From positions 14,446,001-14,510,000 of the forward strand of contig CM060733.1 in the NCBI GenBank assembly GCA_030704615.1: DNA of 64,000 nt. The letters are read 5' to 3'. The stretch comes from Takakia lepidozioides (Eukaryota > Plantae > Bryophyta). The notes below the pieces were generated by a model. That model saw only the letters and a program-made list of their open reading frames with translations. It ran no database searches and was not told where the DNA came from. The position numbers and the translations under genes are program-made. This document shows, piece after piece, positions 1-13,270 of the stretch; positions within the stretch are counted from its first letter, which is position 1; each line of letters starts with the position of its first letter.

Positions 1-400
1 AGGAGACCATGCAACTCAATTGCACATGAAGCAGCCTATCGTCCTACTAAGGAAATTCAATTTCAAGATATAGATTTCTCGTGAACATTGACCTCAAGTC
101 TAGGCGAGGTATCCCAGGATCCACGACAAGTTCATACATGTGGCTCAGACAAAGATGACACCGGCCGAAGTGAGAGGCTCTTTCCCCTAACTGCTAGTTC
201 CCTCTTTCGGGGGGACTCAAGCATGTGCACCTTTTCAAGACAAGTCTTGCTGGACGTGAATTCGACACAATAGGTCTCTACATGAAAACCTGGGTTATGT
301 ATTGAAGGGGCTCCTGTGTGGAAGAATGTAATCTAGGGAACACCCAATCCGAATGCCATGCACACGCTACACCAGCATCATCCATTCATGAACATCTCAC

Positions 401-1321
401 CTCCACTACTGCGTCTTTTAGAGCCTTCGCAACTTCTTTGACGAGACAATCTGCGATTGGCGCCTTTTGCTCTTTCATGATTACAGCTGCCCTGTGAAGT
501 GCTTCTGCTCTTTTCCAGAGAGGGGTTTTGGCCCAAACTTTCTGTGCAGCTTTTGCACTGTCTATACACCTGTTCACCTCCTCCTGAGTGCAGGCTGCGG
601 AAACACAAGTGCATAGTCAGGTTACTAACAAGGTGACCCGAATTAATCGTAAACGGCTGAAAAACTTGTGATAAATTATAAATAACGGAGCCTTTCTAGA
701 TACCAGGTGCGAGTGCCGAGCTCTACTAGCTAGCCTGAGTCCTAACAGTTTCAAGATGTGAAGATAAGAGGACAGGACCCATCACACATCCAGTTGCCTC
801 CGGGCAGCTACAAGCAGCTTCATACTTAGATCTCGGCGAAATGTAGTTATGATCAGGGGACTCCTTATGCACGTGCATACACTGATGCCCCCATGCAGCT
901 TCCAAGTTGCAGGACGTACTCCTCCCAGTCGAAGTACGTCACGTTGATATATAGGTCTACAGGATTTCTTACACTGTACATAAACTCCTCACTTCGACTG
1001 ATTCTAACTTCAATGCTTGTCTCGGACACGATCATGAATCAGAGCCATACTAGCTCTAGATTGCTTCGGAGCTCCAGTTTTGCATACGTGATAGCTTAAA
1101 ATGTTGCAGATAAGAACATCGAAGACTTACCTGTCACATCCATATTGTACGCAGAATGTTGATGTTAACATGTTACCTTGCACTTTGAAGAGGGGCTTGC
1201 GAGTCGCGGGGTTGGAAATGCTGACAGATTGTCCTGAGCAGGACCTCTTCCACTCCCCGTCCACATAGTACTTGAAGACATCTCCGTCCAATATTTCTTT
1301 GAAGATGCCCTTCCCGGCCAT
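401..1321 (-). CDS. ALDH11A: NADP-dependent non-phosphorylating glyceraldehyde-3-phosphate dehydrogenase (GAPN), first two exons (1321-1177, 594-401); gene continues off the left edge
   Basis: Spliced translation MAGKGIFKEILDGDVFKYYVDGEWKRS...NPATRKPLFKVQ|ACTQEEVNRCIDSAKAAQKVWAKTPLWKRAEALHRAAVIMKEQKAPIADCLVKEVAK matches the plant ALDH11 N-terminus; GT-AG boundaries are in phase. Confidence 0.93.
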
Positions 1322-3009
1322 GGTGCTGGGGCCAAAGGCCCCACAACAACTACACCCCTGGTTCCTATTTTGACTCGTCGTTTTCGCCTGCTTTTAAAAT
1401 GAAGGCTAAGCCTCAAATATATAGAAGGAAAAACTAAAACACAGCTTCGTACCAAGAGGGGCGAGCTGATCTCGTGTTGTGCTAAATTGAGAACTGAAAT
1501 GAGCTGGAATCGAACTGATTTTTTTCCAAATCCTCAAGACTAGGTACAATCGGACAACTTGCACAAGGAAACATGCAGAGCTTGAAAACTACATGTTTGG
1601 ATGCCAAGAGGCGATGCCTTAACAACCAACTTTCTAACCATTGACCCATCCGACAAATCCCCATATTTCCTCATCAAATGAAACCCACAATGAGAGAAAT
1701 GCTTTTAAGCCAAGCAACTCGAAATCTACACAAACATGCGGAGAAAACTTGACGAAATGCTCGACACAATCGGCCCTAACGTGCCTTCCCGACCGTGGTT
1801 CCAAGGAAGGAAGAGGGGGTGCAAAAGCACAAAGACATGAAGAGGCAGATTTGAAAAGCTGGAAAGAGAAGGCCAAGCGGTAGGAAAACATGAAGAGGCA
1901 CATTTGAAGAGGCAGCAGCAAATCAAGAGGCATGTCTGAAAAGGCAGCAGGAAACCGTGATCGATGAATGCAGGACAAAGAATAAACGAATAGTGGAGAT
2001 ACATTTGAGGTCCTTCAGAACAGGGGTCTGGATTTGAGCCCAAGACCCATGTACAATGTGGTCTCACAGTCCATAGTGATCTGTGGCTGTCGTCTTCTAT
2101 CTTCGGATCCTTGAGCCTCCTAACAGAAGAATCCGCAAGCGGTTTCAGCATGGAAGGATCTTGCAGCGGTGACCAGAGAGAGCAGTAATTGTTTGCTTGC
2201 TGTTGCTTCCATGGCGGCCGTAGCTGCATTGTCCCTGCCTTCTCTGGTAAGCTCATTTCCGTTTCTTCGCAGTGCTGTCCTTTCTAATTGTGAGGGTTGA
2301 AGGTCGTGATATTGGATATGTATGCGCGAGGCTTTTGCTTGGTGAAGATGAGTACATGGTTGGACAGTGTCGCTGGGGGAGGAGTTGATGAATCCATTCA
2401 TCTCCTCGTGTGTTTCTTCTGGACATCCTGTTTTGCAATGCTCGCATTGGGGCACGAGTTGCGGCATACTATGAAGCTTTCCACTTCTAGATGATGCACT
2501 GGTTCTTATTTGTCTTCTTCAAATTTCATTCAGAAGCACGAATTCGAAGCTGAAACTTTCAAAAGCAGACATTGTTCTTCTCTATGTAGGCAAGCCACGT
2601 GCCTAGTGGCGTATATGGCCATGGGGAGTTTCCCTGACTGGGCACTGGATTCAGGCGGTGCCTGGAACTTGTCGGGTAGGACGTTTGCCGGTTTGAAAGT
2701 TCTCCTGGCAATCTCCAATGATTTGAACCCTAGCAGGGTTAGGGAGACCTACAATGAAATCACGTCGATAGTAAGTAGCATCTGTTACTTCAATTTTGTC
2801 ACCTGGGCCAGAAATCTTCAACTCAATATCCCTTGAGAGAAGCTGAAGGTCAAGGTACTGATTGCGGTTACTATCATGCTTAAATGTGCTATAAAATTTG
2901 AAAGTAGCAGCTGCTTTGGCACAGTAAATAGGGCACCAGAGCGATTTTCCTTCTTTACTACAACAGGTAGCTGTTACCCAATACTAATAACGGAGTCTCT
3001 TGTATCCAG

Positions 3010-6000
3010 GCCACTCGCATCCGATGCAATGCAACATCAGCGCCACCCCGAGAGACTTTTCCATTGAGTGAAGCAGCAGGGGCGCCAAGCGGAACACCAG
3101 CCATGACTTTGATGACTGGGGCAGTCAATGCGCTCTTTGCTGTCAAGCCTTTTTTCCAATTTGCAGCAGGTCGAGCCAGACAAATGATAGTAGAGAGAGG
3201 CACTGAAATTGGGCACCCATGGGCTCCAGAGCTAGCCAGGCTGCAGCTTCATGACTGGGATGCGGAGTTCAATGCCGCACAGAACCTTTCTATAGAGTAC
3301 CCCGAAGTAAGTAGTTCTCTCTTGCCACACACTCCAGCTTCGTAAGAATGAATTTTGCTCTAGCTCAGGTGGATTTGGTTCATTCATCAAGAGGGACTTT
3401 TCTTGGAAGTAAGGTTTTCTAGTGGTGCTGGAATGACAGGGAATGAGTTTGCTGTGTATTGGAACCACTGATCGGCATGACTGGTGTATCAAACTGGGTT
3501 CTGAAACAACACACATTTTCTTTTTTGCCAATTCCCAATGTCAGGCTGCTTGTCCACTCGTTGGTGTATACCATATGTGCATCGGGTGATGTCGAGAAGG
3601 CCATTTTGTATAGTTGTCAGATTGTACTCATAAGACGTTGTTTGCCGTAGCCTTGTGGCCATTGACCCCGCGCCCAGTTTGAGCGGGAACAAAAGGGACA
3701 GAACCTACCTCTGTCAGGGGCTGACGTTGGTAGTAAGACTTACCTCCATGTAAAGAATTAATCCGGGTTGTCAGAAAGACTTGGCTTTTGCTAGGTTGGT
3801 CAAGGCTGTGAAGAGTCAGTTATTCATTCTGTTTTTGTTTTGCGGGCAGTATTATTTGAAGCCCTTTCATGCATATGACAAAGGAAATCTGTCTTGGGAT
3901 GCGGCATGGGAAGTGGAGCTTGCTGCTAAGTCTGTGCATGCCAATGTGTTTGACCCTGAGGTAAATTTCTACACATCCTTAATGATTTTTGATGTAGATA
4001 GTACCAAATATCCTTCTTATCACCGAAGCCTCCCTGGTGGAATGGATCACAAAGCCAGCTAAAACCTGCTAACATTTCAGGTGGTGATGAATTGATTTTA
4101 AAAAGTAAAAAGCAGTTGGTCTGAGGTCGGCCTCTGGTGCTTTGCAGACATGGGACGTGGCAGAAACATAACTTTCTGTGTGCATGCCTCTTCCTCAAAC
4201 CTGGTTAGTCACCACTGGACCCAAAAATTCCAGACAACGCCTTCAAAACCTGGGACGCAACTAATTTCTGAAGCTGCTGCTGTTCCACATGTGCTCCATC
4301 CGACGTTTCTATGGAGTTTGGCTGGTCACAAACTTTTTAGAAGTTAATAACCAAGGGTCAGGCTCTCTGGTGGTTCTCTGCAGAGGAAAAAGCTGGATCC
4401 AAATGGTGACGTGAAGTTAAGGGATTCATATCATGAGAAGATGCGGTCTATGCTTCCAAGCACCCCTCGCGCTATTGTGGACATAGGCTGTGCAGCAGGG
4501 CTTAGCACCTTTGGTCTCCATGAGGTTGTACAGATTCTATATTCTTTCTTTCATTCATTCACTGAGCTCTAGATCTCATGGAGAAACTATGCGATAGACT
4601 TAGGACAAATGTGCATACCCTTAGGTATGGTGAAATGCAGTGGCAAAACATTCAGGTCTGCACCCAGCATAGCCAGTCTGTGAAGCAAAAATGGATGGAT
4701 GGCTAATCCAAAGACGATTTTTTCTGGGGGTGTTTGCATCTCCAGCTTTTTCCAGATGCACATGTTATTGGTGTGGATCTTTCACCTTATTTTATCTCTG
4801 TTGCGAATTATCGGCTCAAGGAGAAGGCCAACCCCTTGGTATGTTGCATATTAAGTTAATATGTTTTAGAACAGTCACAAGTCACAATGTTGTCATAAGT
4901 TCTGTGTGTGTATGGAAATCTATGAGATTTTGTGAAGTTGTAACATGGTGTTTGGAGTTTGTTCAGATTACTTTACAGCATGTATTATCTGTAAGAAGAG
5001 AGCAGTGGTGTCTTCCATTGTATCTTTTGGTTTGCATGTCAGGTCCTGTCTGCAATGCAATCAACTTGGCTGTGAGTTACACAGCTGTCTTATACAGGTG
5101 TGAATGGAATCAGGGTTCTATGTTGAGAACTCTTACCTGACATCATGGTTGGGAAGCAGAGCCAGAGATTGCCAGTGCACTTCATGCACGCTGCCGGGGA
5201 ATACACGGGGCTACCATCAGGGGCCTTTGATATGGTTTCGCTTTGTCTGGTCTGTCATGAACTTCCTCGTTCAGCTACCAAACAGGTACCCAAATGAAGG
5301 GGGCTGGGGGAAAGGAGAGAGAGAGGGAGGGCCAGGCAAAAACTGTGCATTGCCTTTTTTAGATAGTAATTTTTGCTTCCTGTTACATCCGTTTAGGCTC
5401 ACACTTCAGGATTCTCAACTATGCTAAGATGGCATAGGTAGAACATTACATCAGGAATCACCATATTTAAAGATATTAGTCAAAATTGTGCAGTACCTGC
5501 TGCATGCTAGGTTGCCTTATTTTTGTTTTCATTCAATTAAATTCTCGGAATGCTGTCATTTACAGATAATTGTGGAGGCACACAGGCTTTTGAAACCAGG
5601 CGGTGCACTAGCCATCATGGAGATGAATCCATACTCACCTCTGGTTCAAAGCATGGTCTCAAACGTTTTTGCATTTACTGCGGTAAGTCAATATCTGCCA
5701 CGTTGCAAGTATGCTCCTTTGAACATGCCCTGATAACAAGCTGATGTGCTCTTAAAGTGAAAATATACGCCATCAATAATCCACAACGGATTCTGAGACC
5801 GCTCCATTGAGCACCCCTTCCAGACATATGCGGAGATGGCTAACTTCCCCTGTGGTCCAGATTCATGAAGTAGAAGTGGAAAAAAGCTTATGCTATGTTT
5901 CTTAATGCATGCATCATATTAGGCCCTTGAAATAACTCTTTTAAGTTTGCAAGCAGAAGAATGCTGAAAGCACTTCAGTATAAGCCTTTCAATGAGGTTA

Positions 6001-6335
6001 TAGATTGGTGCTTGTTTCCAATCCAGTATTTTGATGCCCAATAATCCTGCAGCTGGCAGCAAGAAAAGGTTATCCAACTACAAATTGTCTGCATGGTTGA
6101 GCACCCTGGTCTCTTGAAGGAATCCAATTTCTAGTGAGGTTTTAGTGACTTTGATACATGTTCATAACCCGGTTTCTTTGGTGGGTTGCCTGTGCAGTTC
6201 AAGGCGACAGAGCCGTACTTCGATGACTATAGGACATTTGGGATTGAGAGGGCTATTGAGAATGGTGGTTTCACCTTCCCGTCACAAGCAGAGACCTCAC
6301 CTCGCCATAGAATCCTTGTTGCTAAAAGAAAGTAG
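3010..6335 (+). CDS. Class I SAM-dependent methyltransferase (Methyltransf_11-like, probably plastid-targeted); exons approx. 3010-3306, 3850-3960, 4384-4524, 4746-4838, 5160-5285, 5566-5682, 6198-6335; first exon and start codon not resolved
   Basis: In-phase GT-AG splicing gives YPE|YYLKPFHAYDKGNL, motif I IVDIGCAAGLST, VIGVDLSPYF, FDMVSLCLVCHELP, EAHRLLKPGG, TEPYFDDY...SPRHRILVAKRK*. Confidence 0.85.
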
Positions 6336-7569
6336 AGCACGTTACTTCAACCTATCTCTTTGATTATGTCTACGCTTTTCTACTTTTTGGTGTTACCCTG
6401 TTGTGTGTAGCCAGGTGACATTGAGAATTCTCACTAATTGTGGTGAGAGCAAGTTTGGTGTAATAGCACCCCTGCAAGTCCTAGTACCAGGACTCTTTCA
6501 AGTTCCCAGACTTTGAGCCTCCATGTGGAGGTCAAGTGTAGTGCTTGGTGGGCACACCCAAATGTTAAGAAAGTTACAACTGAATGAGAAAGAAATTCAA
6601 ATTTTACTCTCTGCTGATTTAAGGTGGTCTCACCATGACAGAGATCTTACCTTCTCTTTGGTGTGAAATATGGAATGTTGAGAGATTATGTATTTTCCTG
6701 GGTTTCTATGATTTGTCGTAAGCATATGCAATCAGGCCATGAGTGCCAAGCTTGAGAATTCAGAAGCTGGATGTGGCTTCTACGGTGTTTTTTACACGAG
6801 GGCCCGGGCCCAAAAAATCATGGGCCCACGACTAGAGCTTTTGTGCCCACAATCGGGCTGAATGAACTGATTAAAATATAATCTTCAAGGAACTGGGCCC
6901 TCTTCGTGTAAACCTGTTGGGCCCAAGCCTAAGGCCCAACCTACACCAATATCAGCCACTCTCCCCCTTCTTTTTTCTCTCTGTCTTCTACGCTTCACGC
7001 TGTCTCCCATCAAATCGTGTATCCCTAAACTATGGAAACTATGGAAGCAAGAAGGCATAATATTCTTGTGGCCTTGGTCCTCTTCATGGCCTTCAAGCGC
7101 GTGATTACAACCATTTTGGCATTGCAACAACTTATAAACGAGCAATTTGCTAGATTGTTGATGATGTTTGTGTTCATCATGGAAGGAGGAGGTCCAAAAG
7201 ATAGAAAGGGCTGACGATTCTACGGGCAAAACCAGGATACGGAAATAGTGCTTATGTCATGGTTTTGTTTGTGATTAGTTAGGAATAGTTATTTCTAGCT
7301 AATTAGGACTTTATAAATTTATATTTGTATTTTGTGGGTGCCTTGAGTGCTTGCAGCGAGGTGACTATCCAAAGTCTCTAGTCTCTAATGAGTGTGAAGT
7401 GGGGCTGATCCGCACCGCAGGGTGGATTCATTTAGCAAATGTGCCCTTGACTTGACTTAGTTTATGTGATAGAGTGGATTTCACTTGGAAGGACTAGGAC
7501 TTGTTCTTAGTGTGATTGCTTCATGCTTTGAGAGTTTTCATTGTCTTCCACTTCTCTCATTTCTCATCT

Positions 7570-8900
7570 CTTATCATTGTGGTATAGTTTTTTTAGGATT
7601 GTGTGCGTAGCATGTATGGTGGACAACGATGTATGTTGTGGCACGATGCTTAGGTGCACGAGAACTAGGATCATGGACGTGGACCTTTGAGAACGAAAGA
7701 CTGGACATACATTGCTGATAGATTGAATGCAGGAATTCCCAATGCGCCCCATCGTTCTTGGAAGCAATGTCGCGACTAGGCCAACAAACTTAAGGATGTG
7801 TATCAAGAAAAAAAAAAATACTGCTTTCACCATAGCGAGTATGATCAACCAATTGTGGACTAGCCCCTTTCATAGTATGAATGATGTCTTCCATTGTTTT
7901 GGCAATAGATCGCATATTAGACTTCACAGTATCACAAGTGTTTTGACATAAATGTTGGTTGTCAAATGGGGAAGCTTCGTCTGTATGCCACAACGCATTA
8001 TATTAATGCACATGAAATATATTATAATAAATATATTTTGCTATGTATATTTGATTATAGATGTACATATGTAGATAATATATATAAACAGGTACTCAAG
8101 ACTTACAAAAATATAATATGTACACAAATAAAGAATGGGTGTTTAGTTTACCTTCATACAACCCATCTTTTAACATGAGTTCTGCGCGACTTGTGAGTTG
8201 TTGGTGTCTTCAAATAGGGCATGAAGACCGTTCCCAACAGCTCCAACTCGGCACCACAAATTCGCACAAATTGAGTACTAAGGTATGTTATTGATCAGCT
8301 GTATAACCTTAATTTGATGTTTACATAAGTTGTCATGCAATGCCCAATCACATGTGCAACATGCCCATCCCATTTGCCTATGGAATTATATACTTGATGG
8401 AATTTTGTGACGGGATGATGAGTGATGCGTACTTGAAAGGGCTCTCCATTCCTTGATGGATTCACAACATCAGAGTCAAGTATTTTGCTTGCTCTCCCAA
8501 CAGAGCTTTCAAACAATAATTCTGCTTTGACAAACCCATTAGTCTTCATGTGGTCCATGTATGAATAATGTCTTGCAACAGTGCTCACCAATTTTTATAT
8601 AAGCCAATCCACTCTCATGTCCTTTGTAGTTTTTTTCGACCCAAATAGACGAGATTTTAAATTGTATTGATTTAAATAGTAAGCCTCAATTACTCCGTTG
8701 ATTTCTGACGATTCGTTTGGCAAAGGTCGACGGATGCTGCTTCCCGCAGTTTCATTTTTCAATTTCTACATTTCTCCTTCTCTGATCGTGCCTCGCACGT
8801 AGAAGATGCTCCTCGCATACGACCATTGTGTGTAGTGGCAAGTTGTCGATGACGTTGTGTGATGTGCACTCCATCCGCCGAGCTACCTTGTTTCTTTAAG
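7570..8900 (-). mobile_element. Degenerate SWIM zinc-finger / Mutator-like transposase remnant
   Basis: Minus strand ~8370-8300 reads GWACCTCDWALHDNLCKHQIKVI (SWIM CxC-x7-CKH), preceded by NGVIEAYY...RVDWLI; frameshifted. A possible TIR-like end lies at ~6783-6930. Boundaries approximate. Confidence 0.65.
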
Positions 8901-9234
8901 ATTAAATTTTATCATTTCTGATTTCAGACTTTTACCAATGGCAAAAAAATACATGTAAAAGGAGCGGGTTGCCAAGCCAAGATTCCCCCAAAGGACTTTT
9001 GGAGTGATAAGCTATTATGAGGGATGTAATTCGATAAAGCTTGCATGCAAGGTTACAAGGATAATCCGTAGAGGACTAGATTCTGTGCCTAGAACCTTAA
9101 AGATTGCATATAGGTAGGTCTGCTAAATTGAACTTGCAAATTGTCAAGAGAATTAGCGTGCGTCATATCGTGTGCATGTATTCCACCACACCCGGTATGG
9201 TGAAGTTCACGTAACAATGTCATGACGACACTTA

Positions 9235-10157
9235 GGGAATTCCAAAAAGGCCTTAATGTGAAATGCAGCGCAATTCACTTGATCAGATGCCAATTCAATT
9301 GAATTGCGATGCCAATTCAATTGAACTAACCCTAATTTACAATTTGAACCAAATGTACTTTGAAACAACAACTACTCTATCCTAAAATGTATTAGCAAAC
9401 CACAGTACACAGTGTGGGCAGGTTGAAGACAAACCATGTGATCAAGCTCTTTCTTTCAGTGTGTGTGTTGAGGAGCGTTTGGTAACCCACTCTAGTACCC
9501 CTAAAGTTCTCTCCTCAAAACTCATGAGTCACCTGCACGTACACAAGAACTACAGCTTTAGCTAAAATGATATATTTATCAATGATTGGGGGAACTCATG
9601 CCAATATGGGAATGTGTTTACTTATGGGCAGATCTTGTCATTTGGTGATCCAAGAAGGCTTCCATCATACATAGCGCCACCACCGCTCCACCACCGCTCA
9701 ACCCTAAACTTGTTGTTGCATTCTTCTCTCGTTACTTCTCGTCCTCCAACTAATTTGATCCTTTCACTTTTAGGGCACCTCTGCCCTAAAAACCCTTCAT
9801 CACTTCATTTCTCTCTCCCTTTCCCTCGCTCTCGCTCTCTCTCTAATATATATCTCTCCTTTAGGCTACGCGACTCATGTCGTGACTTAGGCCTTACCAC
9901 AAGCAAAGGATGGACGGGCAGCAGGAATAGACGGGCCAGCATGTATATTCAGCTTATACTCTCGTATGTATATGTGTATACGATACATATACATATACAT
10001 ATATATGATAATATATTATATATATTATATACAAAACTGTGTTAAAAATTATAGATTACAATTCAATTGAATTACAAATTAGGGTTAGTTCAATTGAATT
10101 GGCATCTGATCAAGTGAATTGCGCTGCATTTCACATCAAGGCCTTTTTGGAATTCCC
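9235..10157. mobile_element. Non-autonomous TIR element (MITE, Tourist-like GGG...CCC ends)
   Basis: ~100-bp terminal inverted repeats: GGGAATTCCAAAAAGGCCTTAATGTGAAATGCAGCGCAATTCACTTGATCAGATGCC... and its reverse complement ending at 10157; TA flanks both ends; no coding capacity. Confidence 0.85.
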
Positions 10158-10599
10158 TAGACACCACCTCCTTTCAAGCATACCAAAATTAAACAACTCA
10201 TACAACTTTTAAATGTATATCTTCAAAAAGTTGGTCCCAATATCAAACGTATTTCATCCAGAAATTGGTCCTGTGAAAAGCCCAGTAAACCCGGCTTCGC
10301 AAGGCCAATACAAACAAACGCATGGAATAACTTACATGCAAGGCCTGCCAAATTGTAATTACAAATCGGTTGTGTGCACAACCCTATTTACTGTTGTGAG
10401 GCTCCCATACGTACACTGTGATGGGGTCGAAGGAGCTGGCTTCCGAAGCACAGCTTGTAACCTATTCCAGTACCGAAGGCATCCTCCGCGAATGGGTCGC
10501 ACCTTGGCATGTTAGTCTCTTGATTAGAATATAGGGTTATGCATTTTGGTGAGGTTTGGGGGATGGGAGGAGAGCGATGACATGTCGTGGGAGAAGATT

Positions 10600-10865
10600 G
10601 TCTTAGCAGATGAAGGAGGCAGGGTAAGTGCTGACACGCGCCTTGATGTGGGGGAGGAGCAAAAGGAATTTTCATTTTGCTACCACAGTGAGTAGCTGGC
10701 CATTGGTTTTGTGCTGATCAGCACGGCCCCTAGGACGCCTCTCGGTGTGAATATTTGGGTGTGTGGTGACTGCCACACCGCCGCCACGAAGTTCATCTCA
10801 AATATTGTTGGCCGAGCAATTGTGGTACGTTATAATGGGGTTTATCTTGTGGGGATTACTGGTAA
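10600..10865 (+). pseudogene. DYW deaminase domain fragment
   Basis: Reads [54 protein letters not shown]...CGDYW*; stop after HSE, internal deletions. Confidence 0.9.
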
Positions 10866-11049
10866 AACGATGTTTTCCTGGAAAGGTGCAAGTGTCTTGC
10901 TTTATTCATGATTGCGTTGCTCCTTTGCTCTGATCCTGAAGTATTGGCTATGATGTCGTGTTGAGGCATTTCCCCTAGCTTATCAACCTTCCAAGAGCCC
11001 ATAGTGTGGTCTACCCAGCATAGTTGAGAAGTCAGCCCATAATTGCATT

Positions 11050-12975
11050 TGACTCCTGAGAATAGATGTTACCGCACGTTCAACGATATCCACATTGCCA
11101 TGGGTTTCTGCAGGCACCCAGCAAGGCCTTCCACACCACAGCATCTAGTTTGATTGGCATTTTATTAATGAGCTCCTGTGCCTCATCCAATCCCCGTGGA
11201 CGTCCAAGAAAGTTCACCATGAGGCCAAAGTGCTTTACTGTCTGAGTGACACCACGTTCAGCCATCTCCACATTGCCGTGGATTTCTGCAGGCACCAAGC
11301 AAGGCCTCCACAGCATCTCGTTTTATGGGCATTTTATTAATGGCGTCCTCTGCCTCATCCAATTGCCCCGAACGACCAAGAAGGTTCACCATGCAGCCAA
11401 AGTGCTTTACTATCAGAGTGACACCATGATCTCTACTCAGGGAATCAGAGTAGCGTCTTCCTTCAACCAGTAGGCCAACGTGGCTGCATGCAGAGAAAAC
11501 ACATATAAATGCGGTTCGGTCTGGCTTCAAGCCTTCCTTTTGCATTCCTTCAAATAGTTGCAGAGCCTCCCTATGACGACGATGCTGGGCATATCCTGCT
11601 ATCATCGTGCTCCAGGAACCACATCTTGTTCGGCCATATTGTCCAACATTCCCTTTGCATCTTAAATGCTCCTTTTGCATTCCCTCAAATAGTCGCAGAG
11701 CCTCCCTATGACGGCAATGCTGGGCATATCCTGCTATCATCGTGCTCCAGGAACCACATCTCGTTCGGCCATATTGTCCAACATTCCCTTTGCATCTTAA
11801 ATGCTCCCGCCTTTGGCATACATGTCCACCAGGGTATTGTTCAGAATGACATCTGGTACCCTTTCCAGGGCTGCCAGGCTCACACACACATTGCCCCCGG
11901 TTGGGCTTCACGCCCTCCCACATCATTTCCTCATGTCTTCAAAGCCTCCATCATGCACCCATGCATATCCTGCAATCATTGTGTCCCAGGACACCACACC
12001 TTGTCTGGTCATATTGTCGAACACACCATTTGCATCCTCAAAGTTCTGCCTCTGGCATACATGTCTACCAGTGTATTGTTCAGAATGACATCTGGTACAA
12101 TTCTTGCTTGGATGATGTCGCCATGGACCTCTTTGCCATTTTCCAGGGCTGCCAGGCTTGGTCACGCATTGCAAACGCAAACAAATGTGAACCGGTTAGG
12201 CTTCACCCCTTCCCGCATCAGTTTCTCATACGTCTTCAAAGCCTCCATCGTGCACCCATGCTGGGCATATCCTGCAATCATCGTGTTCCAGGATGCCACA
12301 TCTTGTCCGGTCACATTGTGGAACACTCCCTTTGCATCCTCAAGCTCTGCCTTTGGCATACATGTCCACCAGGGTATTGTTCAGAATGACATCTGGTACA
12401 ATTCCCACTTCGATGATGTCACCACGGACCCCTTTGCCCTTTTCCAAGGCTGCTACCCTCCCGCATCATTTCCTCATGTCTTCAAAGCCTCCATCCTGTG
12501 CTGGGCATATCCTGCAATCATCGTGTTCCAGGACACCACATCTCGTTCGGTCATACTGTCGAACACTCCCTTGGCATCCTTGAAGCTCTGCCTTTGGCAT
12601 ACATGTCCACCAGGGTTTTGTTCAGAATACATCTGGTACAATTCCTGCTTTGATGATGCATCATGGACCTCTTTGCCCTTTTCCAGAGCTGCCAGGCTTG
12701 GTCATGCATTGCAAACACAAACAAACGGAATATCCTGTGATCACTATGTTCAAGGACACCACATCTCGTTTGGCCATATTGTTGAGCACTCCCTTTGCAT
12801 CCTTGATGCTTCCGCCTTTGGCATACATGTCCAGCAGGGCAGAACGACATCTAGTACAATTCCCGCTTTGGTGATGTCACCGGCCTCTTTGCCCTTTTCC
12901 AGGGCTGCCAGGCTTGTGCACGCACTGCAATGCAAGTTTGCAAATGAACATGACCGGGTCTGGCTTCACCCCTCC
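11050..12975 (-). pseudogene. PLS-class PPR array with duplicated S2/E motifs, heavily frameshifted
   Basis: Repeated LVDMYAK / SWxTMIAGYAQHG / GVKPNRFTFVCVCNA / HFGCMVNLLGRSGQLDEA / ALLGACR.HGNVEMAE motifs, with many indels and internal duplications. Confidence 0.92.
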
Positions 12976-12979
12976 CGGC

Positions 12980-13270
12980 CACCATGGGATTAGATCTTGT
13001 CGTGTTAAGGCTAGCTTTTGACAACATTTATGCAAGTTAGTCAAGGGGTTCTCCCTGAGGCGGCTCCATGAGAAACATACAAACATGTCCAAATTCAAGA
13101 TGCTGGACAAACTTGGGCATGAGGCTGCCCCTCTAATCTAGCTTATTCTGAATTGTATTCATTTTCATCTGCAAGCTTCAAAGAAGCACCACCATCCACA
13201 CCACAATCAGAACAGCACTCTGATTTCCTTCCACAATCACCAGAGTCAGTCAAAATGCACCCCGTCACTT
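12980..13270 (-). repeat. Copy of the sequence found 3' of the PPR-DYW gene; homologues at 14740-14960 (opposite orientation) and 58960-59245
   Basis: Direct nucleotide similarity, e.g. CATGTCCAAATTCAAGATGCTGGACAAACTTG (~13085) vs CATGTCCAAATTTAAGATGCTGAACAAACTTG (~59062). Confidence 0.8.

Noticed and set aside
1634-2836. ORFs between the divergent ALDH11A and methyltransferase genes
   Set aside because: No recognisable protein; most likely promoter and UTR sequence, possibly including the unresolved first methyltransferase exon.
11509-12993. 494-aa + strand ORF (also 57030-57914 on -)
   Set aside because: Antisense shadow of PPR repeats; the recognisable motifs are on the opposite strand.
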